Below are positions 40,106 to 55,331 of a DNA stretch of 64,000 nt, in pieces (position 1 is the stretch's first letter; the number at the start of each line of letters is the position of its first letter). A program made the position numbers and the translations under genes. The DNA lies in assembly GCA_000320545.1 (NCBI GenBank), contig ADNK01001791.1, positions 1 through 64,000 of the forward strand. Reading direction: 5' to 3'. The notes under the pieces are model-generated. The model had not been told where the DNA came from. It searched no databases and was given only the letters and a program-made list of their open reading frames with translations. The DNA comes from Bigelowiella natans CCMP2755 (Eukaryota > Protista > Cercozoa).

Positions 40106-40989
40106 CGATAGGAATATTCATAAGATCTCGTCCAATGTTCTGTTCTGTTCTCCGAAAATGAAAGCTAATAATACAGAATATGAAGTCATTTTTCTTGTCG
40201 TAGTGAATATTTAGGCACAATCTACACCCCTAAAAATGCGGCAAGCTGGACTTGGCTTTGAAATTCTTGGAAAAGAGAAAATGGTAAAAATGCATTATGA
40301 GGGCATCATACGGCAATGTAAAAAATAAGTCGCAGATATGTTTTCAAAGCCGTTTCAAGTCAGCTCTGAACAGAAATCACCCAGGATTTTATCTTAATGT
40401 ATCGCTGGCTACTCGGGAAGTCGCAGGGTTCAGATGTCCCCCCATGTTACAGTCGTACCTCATCTGTGCGAAATCTGCATCGAGATCGAAAATACACCCA
40501 ATAATATCTAAATACCTTATCGTTGAATGCATGAGCCAAAACTCTTTGGCGCAATTTTGGATTTTACATCATCGAGACTGTCCTTACGTAATATGTGGTA
40601 TTTAGATTTGACTTACTATTTGCACAAATTCCGATGCGTTCGGAAGATGGCTACCGCGCCCTCCCTCTCCCCGTTGACAGGGAAGTTGTGAGGAGCGGTG
40701 CTATCAGGAGACGCAGACGTCGTGGTTGTGTAAAAATGATGCTTATATGTTGTTGTATTTTGCTTGCATTTCCAAAAGTGCTCTGATGTGATTTGAGGGA
40801 CGAGTAGTCGTGACTTCGTGCATGCTCGAAAAGGCGAGTGCATCTGTGCATCCCTACTCAGGCTAATGGAGAATCCCCCCCCCCTCGATTTTCACCAATT
40901 AGGATATAAATTCTTTTTGCAATCAGCTCAAATAACCTTTGAATCTTTTCCCCCCACCCTTGCCCATCCTAATTGCTTGCGACATCCCA

Positions 40990-42356
40990 GTAGGGTACCT
41001 GTTGCTCGCATGGCTCCTCTGTGGCCTCGCGGTTTTGCAACAGTGTGATAATTATCATCATCATTGTGCATACGACGATAAGAGTTGCTTTGGCAATGAA
41101 GGTATTGAAAATGGGAGAACTAGGTTAAATCTGCCCGTCCTCTGATGATATGTCGCTCTCCTTAGGAAAGGCATCTAGGACGACTGTGGCAGTTCCAATC
41201 TTAGGCGACTCCCTTGCTTCAAGAGCAGGACCATATATAACTCCCGCGATAAAGTCATAAAATAAAGCACATAGGAAACACTGCATGTATATAGCTTGTG
41301 AGAGTGATGGCCATGCTTTTAGAAACCGTTCCCGCACAACACATAGCAAGAACACGCTGAATGGGAAGAAAACGTCGAGCTAACGTTCTGTTTTCAAGCG
41401 AAGAATCAGCGAGCAACACCCTGTTTGCTTCAAATTACCATTCATTGGTCTTGCTTTTCTTCTTCTTGTTCTTCTTCTTCTTCTTTGTCTCTTACTGACG
41501 GTCTGCAGCATTATTTCAACGCCGCTCCGGGCTCTTGCACGGTAAGTGGCATTGTAGCATTTCTTGGATTTACTGCTTCATGCAGGAGGATATTTTGCCT
41601 TAGTGATCTTCATGGCGCTGCTATGCCATCGGCAGCAGCCGGCGCCGACTCTTTTATCCGTACTCTGCATTATATTCAAACGTCAGTTGTTGTTCTTGTC
41701 AGGTCGTTGGTAGGCCTGGAAGCAGACGATGCGTCCTCAGATAGAAATAAGAACGACAAGAAGGTGGTGATGACTGGCACTAAAGTCAAGGGGGTGGAGA
41801 CGCTTGTGTATGCCCAGAAGAACGATTATCTCGGCTTATTCTACATGAAAGGCATGCCCAGAATAGACTACTATGTAGTACTAGTAAAAGCTTAGAGCAC
41901 TTAAGGCAAGAAATATCATCGCGAGCTTTTGTCCGCTTAGACGTTCATATTCTATGTATCTGAACATAATATAACCGATGTTTGGAAGGGTCGTCTTTCT
42001 CGATTTTACGTCTATTTTTCTAAAGAAAATGAGTGTCAAGATTAATTCATTGTTTTCAACGCGACACTGTAGGTTCACCCGTGAAGGGCATTCAAACTGT
42101 CATCAGTATTCCGGTCATCCACATGCAATAATAGCGATGGCAGAAACTGGGGGGGGGGGGGGGGGGGGGGGGGTTAAATTTTAAAATCTAACTTCGGCTT
42201 CTGATGACAGTCAAATATACGTATCCTTTGATAGGCCCAGACAAGTTGTAATCGTATTGCTGTTTTGCTGTTATAATGATCAACTTTTAGGGAAGATTTG
42301 AGTACAATATTCCTGTGGAGAATATTACCCACAGTGGATCGGAGGTACATTCGTGC

Positions 42357-42394
<38 letters not shown>

Positions 42395-44107
42395 CTCTCT
42401 CTCCCCCTCCCCCTCTCTATGTCTTTCCGTATTCGTTTCATTTTTGAGGCACAGCACATGCATGCATATGGGAAAAGGCTTTGCTCGTATCGGTCCTTCT
42501 CGGAAGTGGCGGTCTTGTTGGTGACGATGAAATACAAGACGATAATGCCACAGCGAGTCAGCTTGCGAAAGTCATTGACGACTACAATGCTGCTGCAAAG
42601 TCTAGTGATTCTGCAAGAAAGGGGGGTATGGAAAACAGTGTAGTAGCCATGATCATGTGATGATAACAGCAGCTTAATTCATCATCGTCGTCACCCCCCA
42701 TTATCGCAGTGCCATTCGCATCATCGGCATCTGCTGTCATGCTGAGTTGGTTCTCCAGCTGTACCCCAGACTATCCCCAAAAGATGAAATTTAATAAACA
42801 CTCGAACACCGACGATTATCGTACTGCAGCGCCTCGCTCGCCTACCGCAGAGCAAATTCGCTGCCTTCGTTGCGAAACTCTGCGATTGCGGAACTCGCGA
42901 ATGAGCTTTCCATTCCATTCACATCTCGTGATTTTCAAGAGACAAGACCCACGTCAGCAGCACTAACATATTTGTACTCACACGACTGTCAGAGGAGAGC
43001 GAAAAAGGCCTGATAGCCATCAACGGCAAGGATCCCTGGAACAGAACGGCCCTCTACCACGCTGCAGCCGCCAACAAGCCTCAATGCGTGCGAGTGTTGC
43101 TAGAGAGGGGGGCAGATCCTAATATAGGCCAGAAGGAGGGCGCCACACCGTTGTTCATCGCTGCACAGAATGGCTTTCACCATGTAGTCGAGGCACTTGT
43201 CGATTGCAATAGGACAGACGTCAATCAAGCGACGACGAAGACCGACTCTACTCCTCTCTATGTTTCCGCACAGAATGGGAGGTACCTGTCGGCCTCCTGC
43301 CACCCTCCCCTCCCCCTTTCCTTTCTCTCGTCCCTCAGTACGTTGTGGGCGCATATTTGTGGGGGGAGGCAGTTTGGTTGCGGCCTCTGCTATTGAACGA
43401 TAATGACATGGGGATGAGGGAGGGGGGGGGGGTGGCTGTTGGGGTTGCGCCTGTTTAAAACATCGACAATGGGCTTGTAATCATCATGATAATCACGATC
43501 AACAACAAAAACACAACATGAAGGAAGAATGAATGCTGAATTTGCCTTTTCTCCCCATACGGTAAGGTACGATGCCGTGATGTGTTTGGTGAAAAAGGGC
43601 AAGGCCGACATTGATAAGCCTCAGGTTTTGTAATTTATATACGAAGAGGGGGGGGGGGGGGGGAAGCTTTCGAAACTGACGAATAAAAGCAATAACTTTA
43701 GAACATATTGAGCGAAAAAACAGAGATGATCGTATCTCCCCTGCAATGAGATGTGATGCGGGACAAAAATCATTCGAAGATTCTCGTGAAAGATTTTCGG
43801 TTTTTTTTTTTTTTTTTTTCCAATAGTTTTCTTTCTATCTCTCTCCTTCCAAGCCAAGGGTTTAATGTGACGTGCATGATCCTGTGCAGGCTCTGAGTAA
43901 CAACATCGTTTCATCATTTCGTGCTCCATATCTATAGGCTGACGGCTCGACTCCTGTCTACGTAGCTGTGCAGAACAAACACAACAATGTGAGCTCTTTT
44001 AGACACTGAAAGGAGTGTGAGGAAAAGGAAAGGAGGAAGGATTGTATCACAAACACACGCGCGCGCGCACACACACACACACACACACATAAAATATATG
44101 TATAAAA

Positions 44108-44140
<33 letters not shown>

Positions 44141-44272
44141 CGAACGATTTGTTCTTACCCCATCTGTATTTGTTGTGTGGGCAAGATCCTAAAATTCTTG
44201 CTGAAAAATGGAGCAGATCCCATGAGAGGTATCTCAGCAGCAAACTAATATGCGATTTTGAAGGAAAGAAAG

Positions 44273-44309
<37 letters not shown>

Positions 44310-45039
44310 AATACCGCGATTGCGACTATTTTTGTGTGATTTTGCAGAGAGCAGATTCTTTGAACGATCCCCTCTGCATGCATATTGTCTCGGTGCTCCT
44401 CCTCCTCCTCCTCCTCCTCCTCCTCATTACCTTGGTTGCGTTGCAGGGAACGTGTCAAACTCCGTGTTTGTGCCGTTGTTCATGGCGGTACAGGCAGACA
44501 CACCAATGGCTACCAAGATGCTTCTATCGAAAGGGGCAAACCCCAACATTCGAGTCGATGTGGTAACATCCATGATATCGGCAATTCCATTCCCAAAATT
44601 TCACTTTAGATTCATTACGAGAGGAAGAGGGGGGGGGGAGAACTAGGGATCGTTCTCTATGCTTTGCCATCATTCTCACATTCACATCTGTCCATATATC
44701 ATGCATCGGCCATGTACTTATTCCCAGACCGCGCAGCAGAAAATGATGGTGGGCGGCGATGTCGCGACGTTTCCGTTGCTGCTGTGCGCGGTTGCGAACA
44801 AGCCTGAAATGACAAGGCTTCTTCTCAAATATGGAGCGCGGGTTACTAAAATCAACAACATTCGACAGAATTGACCCCATCACCGCCCTCGCCAACACTT
44901 CACCCCAAATTGACCATAATGATCGTGCTTCGTGCTTTCCGAACGCAAAATCGGTTTTCTTGCCCTTGGTCACAGGAGCATTATTGATAATGACACCAAC
45001 ATGTGGGTGCGTGTGTGTGCGCGTGTATGGGAATGTGTG

Positions 45040-45077
<38 letters not shown>

Positions 45078-48000
45078 GTAGGTTGATATGGTGGGAATCA
45101 ATGGAACCACAGCTCTGCACATGGTCCGTCCTTTAATTATTACAAAAGAGCACAACCAATGCACGCGCACACACACGTTGAGCTGCACGCGACAGCCTCT
45201 TGCAGCACAATCCAGCGTATCAATTCTTCGGGTATCACGCTTCAACGCGTCATCACCATCGCCATCATCATCGTCATGATATCTGAATTACGCCGTCCTC
45301 TCCTCGTAGGCGTGCGCGTACGCGAGCTCCAAATCAGCAGCAGTGCTGATTAAACACGGGGCAGACATCGAGCACCCTGACAACCGCGGATTCACACCGC
45401 TCATGAGGTTGGAAATCATGCTACCATTGCAAACACTTCGTAACCTATTTGACGGCATTTGGCGTGGGAAAAGCTCATCAGCGATTCTTCTTCAGCGACG
45501 GCTCAAACGCCGATGATGACAGATGAACCTCTTCTGACTGGGTGTGATAAGGGAGATGATCTGCGAGTCTTCTACGCATTCATTCCCACACAACCCTGAT
45601 CTGGCGCTCTTTGTTTCGTGCTAAAATTAGAGCATTCACGATGATGCTTTAAGCTAGGATGTGATTGCTGTCTAACCCAATCCTCTCCGTAACAGGTCGA
45701 TCTATAAGAGTGAGGCGGAGCTGGGATACCTAGCTCATAAGTTCACCAAAGTAATACTGCGCGCACCGCCTTTGAACCCGCTATCGAGTGAAAGGGCTGA
45801 TGGCGTTGTGCTTCGATGCCACTTGTGTCTGTTGGTGTCGTCGGACAACAACAACAACAACAACAACAACACAACTACAACAGCAAAAATGATGGATTGA
45901 CACATGCCGCAGACGATGGTTTCGGCTACACTTTACCACTTTCTCAAAATCTTGTAGTTGTGGAGCTAGTAGTAGCAATAGTAGTAGTAGTAGAGGAGGA
46001 GGAGGAGGAGGAGGAGTAATGTAGAACAGCCATTGGCGCGTGATCTTTGTGCAGCAGTTTATCATCGAGTGAGTTGGGTGTCATTCCTACCTATCATACC
46101 ACCATCTCTCATACGCACGCGGATTGCTTCTTCCTCCTCAAACATTAGACCGACGACATGGAAAAGTACATCGAGGCTGTGAATAAGCGCCGGCGCAACT
46201 TGGCCGAGTTCCTTCTGTTCCAAGGAGCCGATCCCAATCAGCAAACCCCTGACGGGTTCACTCCGCTCATGACAGGTAGTCGTTGGTTTTAGAGGGGGGG
46301 GGGGAGGACGTTGTGGGCGGCGGCTTTTGGCCTGTCACGCGAACAGGTCTTCTTCCCAATATATCCGCCCGTGAGAACACACACGCATACACACACGCTC
46401 GCGCGCGCGCGCGCGCACATCAGACAATTATGAGGGGGGTGGAGGAGAGGAGAGGAGAGGAATACATTTGTAGTAACGTCTATTGCTTGATTTCCCTCCC
46501 ACCCACCCCCTTCACCCCCTTCATCAATGCTCACAGCTGTGGCTGCGAATGACCCTGAGATGATAGACTTACTCGTCGAGGTACACTAGGAAGAAGAACA
46601 ACAACAAGAACAACAACAAGAAGAAGAGGATGAGCGGCGGCTGTGGGATGGAGGGGTGGGGGTGAGGAGAGGAAATAAACGCTTTGATACTGGGGCAAAA
46701 CTTCCGTTGATGTGTCGTATCGCTGCTCATAAACAGCACGGAGCAGATGTTAATATGAAGACTGCTACTGGAGTGTCTGCATCCATCATTGCAGTGACGC
46801 TGGGGCAATCTCGAATCCAGGTGGTGTGGGTCTCAGGATGATGGGAAATTATGATGATCACAGTGATGATGATGATGATGATGATGATGATGACGATGAT
46901 GATGGTGGTGGTGGTGGTGATGATGATGATGATGATGATGGGGAGGAGGAGGAAGAGGAGGATAAGGACGTATCTTTCCGGATAATAGTAATTAAGCCGT
47001 TCCGCACTCGGCATCTGCGCCACCTGTCAAAACGAGCGGCAGCCTGAAAAACCGATGATTTCCGTACTGCCGCTTTGCCGCGGAGACAAAATTATCGGTG
47101 CACTTCAGCGATGGGAACTTAGGAGATTTCGGGTGTTTGCATAGGGCTGCTCTCACTGCATAGTGTGGCTAATCACCTTCTGTTTCTTCACCTTCCTCGC
47201 CCGTGCGACATCATTCTAGTGCCTGATGAAGCTGAAATCACACGGAGCTGACCCGAAAAAGGACAGGGAGTACCTCGAAAGGTAAAGATCAGGATAGGGT
47301 TCAACTGATGGTGATGATGATGATATTAACGATGATGATGATGATGATGATGACTGCATAAGAAAAGCGTTCCCTAAAAGTCTAGAATGTCACCGACAAC
47401 ATCGAAAAAAAGTGGTTGCGTTGTGTTATACCATATCAATAGCTCTTATTTTCTCGTCGTCCCCCTCCCTTCTTCCTCTCCTCCAACTCATCCTCCTCCT
47501 CCTCCTTCCCGGTCGATTATCGCGTGAATTCCTTGTTAGGGTCTCGAAAGAAGTCTCGGAGCGTCAGCCGGAGATAATAATCCATGAGCTTGGAGATATA
47601 CCCCCTCAGTACATGCCTTCTGATTTGGTGATAGTACCACTACTAGTTGTTGTGACAGTTGTACAAACAACACACCATCCATCTTTTGGGGATGAAGAGG
47701 AGGAGGAGGAGGAGGAGAGAATCAGTTGGCTGATGATGATGAAAGCCAGAATAATGGACGGGAAAGCTGTGTGCATGTGTCTGTATCTGATGTATGCGCC
47801 CTCCTCCTCTTCTTCTTCTTCTTCTTCCACTTACCCGTTCTGTTTCCGCATCCATTTCTTCCCTTCGCATAGACAATAAAAGAACGCCTGGACTACTCGA
47901 AAGGCTTCCATGAGCGTCAGCAGCTGAAAGAGTCTTTGAATGACCCATCGAAGAAAGAGCAGGTCAAGTATCATTCAGCCCCTCTCTCGCAGCCTCAACC

Positions 48001-48617
48001 TTACAATCAGTGTATTGCGAGTATGAACGCAGATAGCAGCTCCCATCTTCTGATTCTCCTCCTCTTTGTTGCCTTTTCTCATGCAATGCAGGTGGTTAAG
48101 GAGTTGGTGAGAAGAGGGCCTAAGGATGGACTTAAGTTTGTGCGTCGATTGGATAAATTCAAGTATTTTTTTAGCTACTTTAATAATTATTACAATAATA
48201 ATAAAATCTTTTCTCCAGCATCTTTCCTCCTCCTCCTCCTCCTCCTCCTCCTCCTCCTCCTCCTCCTACCACTACTACTTACTACTGCCCGTCTTCTTCT
48301 TCTTCTTCTTCTTCTTCTTCTTCTTCTTCTTCATCTTCTTCTTCTATTATTCGTTTGGCCCTTTACAGGAAGGAAGAGGCCGCCATTAAGTGGTTTCAAC
48401 AGCTAAACAGGACGGAATGGAAGAAGAATATCTCCAAACTGTCCCCAGCGGAGCAAGAGGTATATACTTACGCCACTCCTCGCTACTACCATCACAATCC
48501 TCATCAGTAGCAGCAGCAGTAGTATCGGCAGCAGCAGAGTCATCATCCATCGTCGTTGCTACCATCATCACAGAAATGTTTCCTTTTCACGTAGCTTTCA
48601 TCATGACATCGAAGATC

Positions 48618-48657
<40 letters not shown>

Positions 48658-49767
48658 TACACAATATGTATTATGAAATCCTCACCATCGCTCTATCCCA
48701 TCATGGCCGTGACCTCCAGCTGAACGAATTAATGCTCGAAACGTCGGAAATGCATCTGCGAGACACGCTGGAGAGTCGTAACAAACGGCGAGAGGAGTAC
48801 TTTAAGGGGAAAAAAGAGAGAGATGGTGATAGCAAACCAACCAATAAGGTGGTGGCAGTAATGCGTCGTTGCGGTCTATTCAAGGCCATTGATGTGGATA
48901 GTACTACGCATACTTTTTTCCCCTCATTATTCTCCCATCCACCCTCTTGCTTTTACAATTTTGAGACGCCGTGCGAAACTATTGCCCACTATGCGCAACT
49001 TTGTGGTGTCTCCCAAATATCATCATTATCATCATCATCATCCACAACTCATTGAGCGATGTATCAGGACTACACAGCGCTGGATTCGTTAAGTCTGGAT
49101 ATCGACTCCGAAGACGCGAAGAGAGAGGCCATCGATCTGGCGCAGTTTACGGCTAGGACAGTGGAAGATACACGGAAGGAAATGGAGCGGTACACCTATG
49201 CAAAAGCGAGAGGTAATCGGTGGAAAGACTCAGCTGCTGCCCTTTCAAATGAGAGAAACGAGTAGATAGAGAAAGCTAATTTATTATGTTGGTGTTACTA
49301 CTACTACTTCTACTATTTTTAAGTCCTCCTGATGCCATCCCGATGAACTTCTCACGCTGCTCTTTGTTTGTCATCAATCTCCTCCTCCTCCTCCTCCTCC
49401 TCTCACCTCCATCTCAATCCGCCATCATGCGTGATCATGCCCAGGCCTCCCAGTCGACACGCAAACCGAGCAGCTGGTGAGAGAGGCGAGGAGGCAGCTT
49501 CAAGAAGAGGGCTACGAGCTTCCAAATACGATGCCGCCAGGAAATGCTGTGGTGAATTCACTCACAGAGAACCACCGGGATGAAGATGAGACAACGAGGC
49601 GCTTTCGCGAGGCTAAGGACGACGGAGAAAGGGACGAGATGCTGCGGCGGAAGATCGAAGAGATTGATGACGAAATGGATGGGTTCAAGTCAGGGGAGAT
49701 CTCCAGAGATGACGAGTGCGAGTCATTCGGTAGCCACACTGAAAGCGATGGCGTGGAAGACTTCTAG
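40990..49767 (+). CDS. Ankyrin-repeat protein with charged C-terminal tail, many exons; start uncertain
   Basis: RTALYHAAAANKPQCVRVLLERGADPNIGQKEGATPLFIAAQNG..., further ankyrin exons to ~47280, then charged exons ending SDGVEDF* at 49767. Confidence 0.8.
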
Positions 49768-50211
49768 CACTGCATCGTCGTAGAATTACAAAAAACGCAT
49801 GCGCCACAGCCGTGCATGCAACGTTGAAGCTATGCATACTTATTACTGTATACTAAATGGTCAAACATTTTCATGTTTATGTAGAATTTTCGATCAGTTA
49901 CGCGGGTACGATAGTATCATGCTCAGTTGTATGTGCCACCCGTTATGATATGAGGACAACTTGCATTGCGCACATGTACTCGCACAAAAATAAAGAGGAT
50001 GCTCCTTTTCAGCATGCTACACGCCCGGGATGGCAAGCTTACAGTAATAACCATTGCATGTGCGTGGGGCTAGCATGGCATAAGCGAATGCATTCTGATG
50101 CCATGCGTTCTTTGAACACTAGAGGATTGCTGCTTTTTGCGTCTATGTCACTCATGTAATGATTCAACTCCGGCTTTTATTTGCAAGCTCTTTGGGATTT
50201 ATCCATGGATG

Positions 50212-50252
<41 letters not shown>

Positions 50253-50362
50253 CGTGTATTAAAAGAACGCTGGAACCAATAGCACAAGGCTATACAGTCT
50301 AGATAGTTCGTTAGAACATCAGAGCCCAGCTATGCTGCACTAGCCGCTTGCTTTCACAGGCT

Positions 50363-50635
50363 TTATACTGCTATGAATCTGTGGGTACTCGCTCGTGTGA
50401 GTTGGAGGAGTGGGTTTGCTCCCTCCTGCATGCCGACAAGAAGCTCGATGAACTCCCATCCGGCGTTGGAGTCGGCGCCGAATATCTCGCAAAGCTGATG
50501 GTAGTTATGACGAGCAGGCATTTATGCGTATATTTCGCGTTTATTGCGTGATTATGTGGAAAAGCAACAGAGCTCGATGAGCTTCAGCTAGGGTATACCT
50601 ATGGTTCTCTTACAGTGTATATGTGACTGTGTGTT

Positions 50636-50671
<36 letters not shown>

Positions 50672-51202
50672 TTTGTGTGAAACAGAACAGCACAGCATAC
50701 TTGCTCTATGCCAGGATAATCATTCGCACCAACCCCTGAGGCAGTAGCACGTGCCTTACAGACGTGATAGAAGCAACAGTGCGTTGATTAGAGACGGCAG
50801 CAAACGGTATTATCATTATCAACGATCTTCTCCAGAGTGGGAAGCGAGCAGCAGCCGCCACGCAATCATTATCACCATCAATATTACCATCGTCATCATT
50901 GTCATCATTTTCATTATCATTATCATTATCATTCTCACTGCAATCGAAGTTTCATTAAAAGTAGAGGGTACTTGTTCCTTCAACGAGCGCCAAGCCTCCA
51001 AGCCGCCGTCAAGTGGGATAAGTTCTCCCAGATTTTTTGCTGGAAGTTGCTGCTGCACATCACCACCAAGCGGTTTATATCTCTATCTTAGCTACCGCCG
51101 AAGCATGAGAAAATAAAATCTCAAAATATAATCGGTGACAGATAATGCCATGAGAAAGAAAGGGAAAGGGAAAGGGAGAGAGAGAAAGAGAGAAAGAGAG
51201 AA

Positions 51203-51245
<43 letters not shown>

Positions 51246-51436
51246 GAGAAATACTCTCTTTCCATTATTCTCCCCTAAAACCTTTGCAGAGCCGGATAAT
51301 GGCCTTCGTTCGCCTCCTCCTCCTCCTCCTCCTGCTGCTGCTGCTGGCCCCGTAGTAAGAAACCCACTAGAAAGGTTCAAAGAAGCAAACAGAATCTACC
51401 CCGCCGAGATGAGCGGAACAAGATAGAAAGAGGGAG

Positions 51437-51479
<43 letters not shown>

Positions 51480-51913
51480 GAGTTATCAACCGACTATCGA
51501 GGAGCTTTGTGGAGTGAGCGGTGTAGCATGATGTGGGATGGAAGAGATGGGGCGGGTATCGACTTATTGCCATGGGCTGCATGAGCGGGAATCTCCAAGA
51601 ATAATGATAGCGATTATTTTGCAATGCCATGGAAAACATGCAGACACAAACAAAAGCAGCCCTGAAAAAATGGTTGTTCTCTGGCATGGCCGTTGCAGCA
51701 CCGCAGGAGAACAAACAACGGATTCGTAGTGCCCTCTCCTCGTATGTCTGCATCTCTCTGGCTTGCAATCACCTCCACCAACGCAACGGCGAGCCTCCTC
51801 ATATCTTCCTTCCTCGCCACAGATCCAGCAAGAACCTGGAATAGGAAGAAGCAACGGTAAACAATGCAACGACATCATGTCGTAGTCGCGGTAGCAGCAC
51901 CAGTAGTAGCTAT

Positions 51914-51951
<38 letters not shown>

Positions 51952-52058
51952 AGAAGTAGCATACTGGATCATTGTCGAGGCCTCTTTTTCCGGCGGACGC
52001 TGCAAGCTTAGCTGCGCTCAGGAATGGCATCGCAGTCTTATCATCCTGAGAGGGACAC

Positions 52059-52099
<41 letters not shown>

Positions 52100-53186
52100 G
52101 AGTTAAGACATGACGATAGTGAAAGCTATTAAGCTGATGCCTTGAGTAGCCCTTAATACCTAACCCTTTTAGCATCTGCAGCCGAGTTAAAACCTCGCTC
52201 ATTTTCTCCGCATCATCATCGTCATCATCATCATCATCATCATTATGATCCCATCAACAGCAATAGCACGAAGACGACGACTGCCAGTCCACCTTGGACC
52301 CCAACTTGGCAGCGTATCCGAAGTTAGACAATCCGGCGCCGATCATCTCTGCACAAACAACGATTGCATCATTGCGTGGCAGTAGCAGTAGGGTTGTGTC
52401 AGCAGAGGCCCGAGAAGTGCAGCATCGCCCGTTCGCACGTGCACGGATTCTGTATTCCGATGTGACAACGTGCTCATCTTATGTATTATTCATACGCACC
52501 CATCTCCTGATTATTGCTGAGATCGCCTTTTGTAACCTTATTGGGGAGGATGACATAACGCGTAAGAGACGTAAAAGCGATGTGAGGGCTTTGTCGATTG
52601 GAGGGAGAAGTAGGGGGGAGGGCAAGGGCAAGCACGGGGATAGGGAGAATGATAGGGGGGTGGGTTATTGCATGGGATTTTCCCTTTCTGCATGTGAAGA
52701 GGATATTATCACCATAATCGTGCTGCTGTCGATGCCACCATGTGCAAGCTGAAGATGGATACATGCAGAGTGGTAGTAAGTGAAGTGGTTTTGCGAAGGA
52801 AGTTATGATGCTGTCTGCTGCTGCTGCTGCTGCTTTGTAGTGGTAGTAGAAGTATTAACTGGCTATCGATCTATCTACCCCTTCTTGGTGTGTCGTTAGC
52901 AAGCCCTTAACAGCTCCTTTGGCCACTCTACGGAATATATTTAGGATCTTCTCTGTCCCCAGCTGGAGATCATACATTTCGTAAGCGAGTGACAGCCCAT
53001 CGCGGTCTGAATCAACATCATCACGTGATTTCATATCATCATTTACCATCATTAACAATTAACACCGTCCTTATCCTGTGGTTATGTTGGCCGTGTATAA
53101 CTGTATGCTTTGTGTGTGAGGAGCCCACCAAGATCCTTCAAGCGCGTGACTGTCCACACAGACATCTCATCGTCGCTCTCTGCATC

Positions 53187-53223
<37 letters not shown>

Positions 53224-54931
53224 GACAACCCATAGACCTGCATTTATTGTGTATTTCCACAACTTAGATACACAACACTGCAAAAGAAATTAAGGCGACG
53301 ATGATTCTTTGTGCAAGCGCTCGTTCCTCCCTGTCTCTAACGCACACTTAAAGCACCCGCTCACTCTCAATACCACTGTCTGCGTCACAAATGCTCCCAG
53401 CACGGCCATGAAGCTTTCTGGCTCCGAATTTGTAGCTGCAGGTTGATACTCGTCCAGGCCTATTAACAAGGGGTAAGAGCAGTCGTATTGTGGTCGTTGT
53501 GGTAGTGCCGGGGGGGGGCGGGAAGCTGTGGGTGAGCTTCAGTGAATTTGTCTTTGGTGGAAAGTGTAGATATTTTTTTCGCATACATAGTATAGAAAGA
53601 GGAGGAGAAGGGCAAGGGAAGAAGGAGAAGTAGAAGGAACAACAAGCACCCATGTGGCGATATGCAGCCCATTCTCTAACGCCTAGATCGCTGGCAGCCT
53701 TCTGTATTATTTGAAAATGCAAATCAACTTCGTATGCACGTACATTCCAGCAAATGCGACAGGCAAAAAAGCCCTTATGTCTCTTTACTTTGTTCGCTCC
53801 AGGATTTCATCGAAATGCGTGTACAATTCATAATATTTTGTGCCGCTGTTGCTACATAGGTTGACGGGAAAGATCTGCTACGCAACGCACCGTGTGCTCA
53901 CGTAACACAAGCGTCTGGCTTGCCTGCTCCCTGATAATTTCATGAATTTCCAAAGGCGTCTTGGTTTCCGTAAAATATTCTCACATATGATACAATGTCG
54001 GTAATTTCGTGCTAAAAAAATCGAAGAACGACGACTTCCATTACAATGTAGCAGAATGAAGATCATCAGGTCTATACAACCATTCAGACGACCGAATAAA
54101 TATTATATATATATATATATATTAGATAAGTGTGTCAATTCTTTTTCTCGCAATATTTCTTAGAACTCTTAGATATGTAGATAGTACCCAGATTCATAAA
54201 CGGCGCGATCTGGAGACAGTCTGAGGGAGAAGGGGGGAAGAGGAGATGAGAGATGAAAATTTAGCTTTGAACTTGTACTTTCCAAAGACCTTGCGGCATA
54301 TAAGCGTATGGAACTTCCTCCTCCTACAAATACCTTCATGTAGGGGGCAAGAATAATTGAATGCGATGGATGCAAACGTCGTACAAACCGCATAATCCTC
54401 GTCGATATTCGATAAAAAAAATGGAGGCGCCCGTTCCTATCACTACTTGTCGGATGTTGCTGTTGTTACCGATGTCGGTGCTGCCTCCCCGAATGTGATT
54501 TCACCAATCTTCTCCAAAATGATAAAGTCACTCGAGTCGAAGCGGGAATAGCCTAGGCGTTGCTGGATCTTCTCGACTGGCGACAGGCCCTCCCCCCCCT
54601 GTGTCTCAGCTTTAGGTACCAGCAACTGCCGTCTCACTTTGCCACCCATGGCGATTCCACCAAATCGCCTGATAAATAGGGAAAACGGCACACTGAATTG
54701 AAAGGTCGCTCTATTCTTCCGACTCCACGGTTAGCATTTAGAGGTGGTTGACGTGGCTCGGATGTCGGCGAGCGTCTCCCTCTCCAGCACGCTACGTCCA
54801 GGCCCAACTGACGATGAAAGAATCGTCGAAAGCATAGCTAACTGCATGAGAGACGACTGCCTCCTAACGCCGCAGCCTTGCTGGCAAATGCCTCGGTCAA
54901 TCCTCGGGCCGAGGACTCGGGCGCGGCCCAT
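50363..54931 (-). CDS. STN7/STN8-related kinase-fold protein, probably a pseudokinase and probably plastid-targeted
   Basis: RFDSSDFIILEKIG, HQEG|LAHGGIDSSTIM (catalytic-loop position), LSNFG (DFG position), and C-terminus EIFGADSNAGWEFIELL...ASTHRF, which resembles STN7-family ends. Confidence 0.6.
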
Positions 54932-55331
54932 CGACGTCGACGCTCTTGTGGTACACTTATTTACGCGTCCTCTGTTCGATTCTGTTTGGTTGTGTCGATA
55001 TTTTATCGATGATTTACCGTATATTTTATAATATACTTTCACGACTGAATCGGTTTATGACATAGCTTGCCATTATCTTCCTTCCTTTCTGGCAATTTCG
55101 AGTGGGTATACGCAGGGTAAAAAGGAGCTAGTCAACAAGTAAGGTTTTCCTGACAGGATTCCAGGCAATATCGATGTTGCGACTACCCCTGATTGCCCTA
55201 AATCTTAAATTCTTTCTAAGTTCGAAGGCCCGACGAATTTTCGGATCGAATTCGCCTGTTTTTTACCCCGGAAACATCTCAAGTATGAAGTCTCAAGGAG
55301 TTATCTCCAGTAGCCCTTCTTCTAAATCCGA

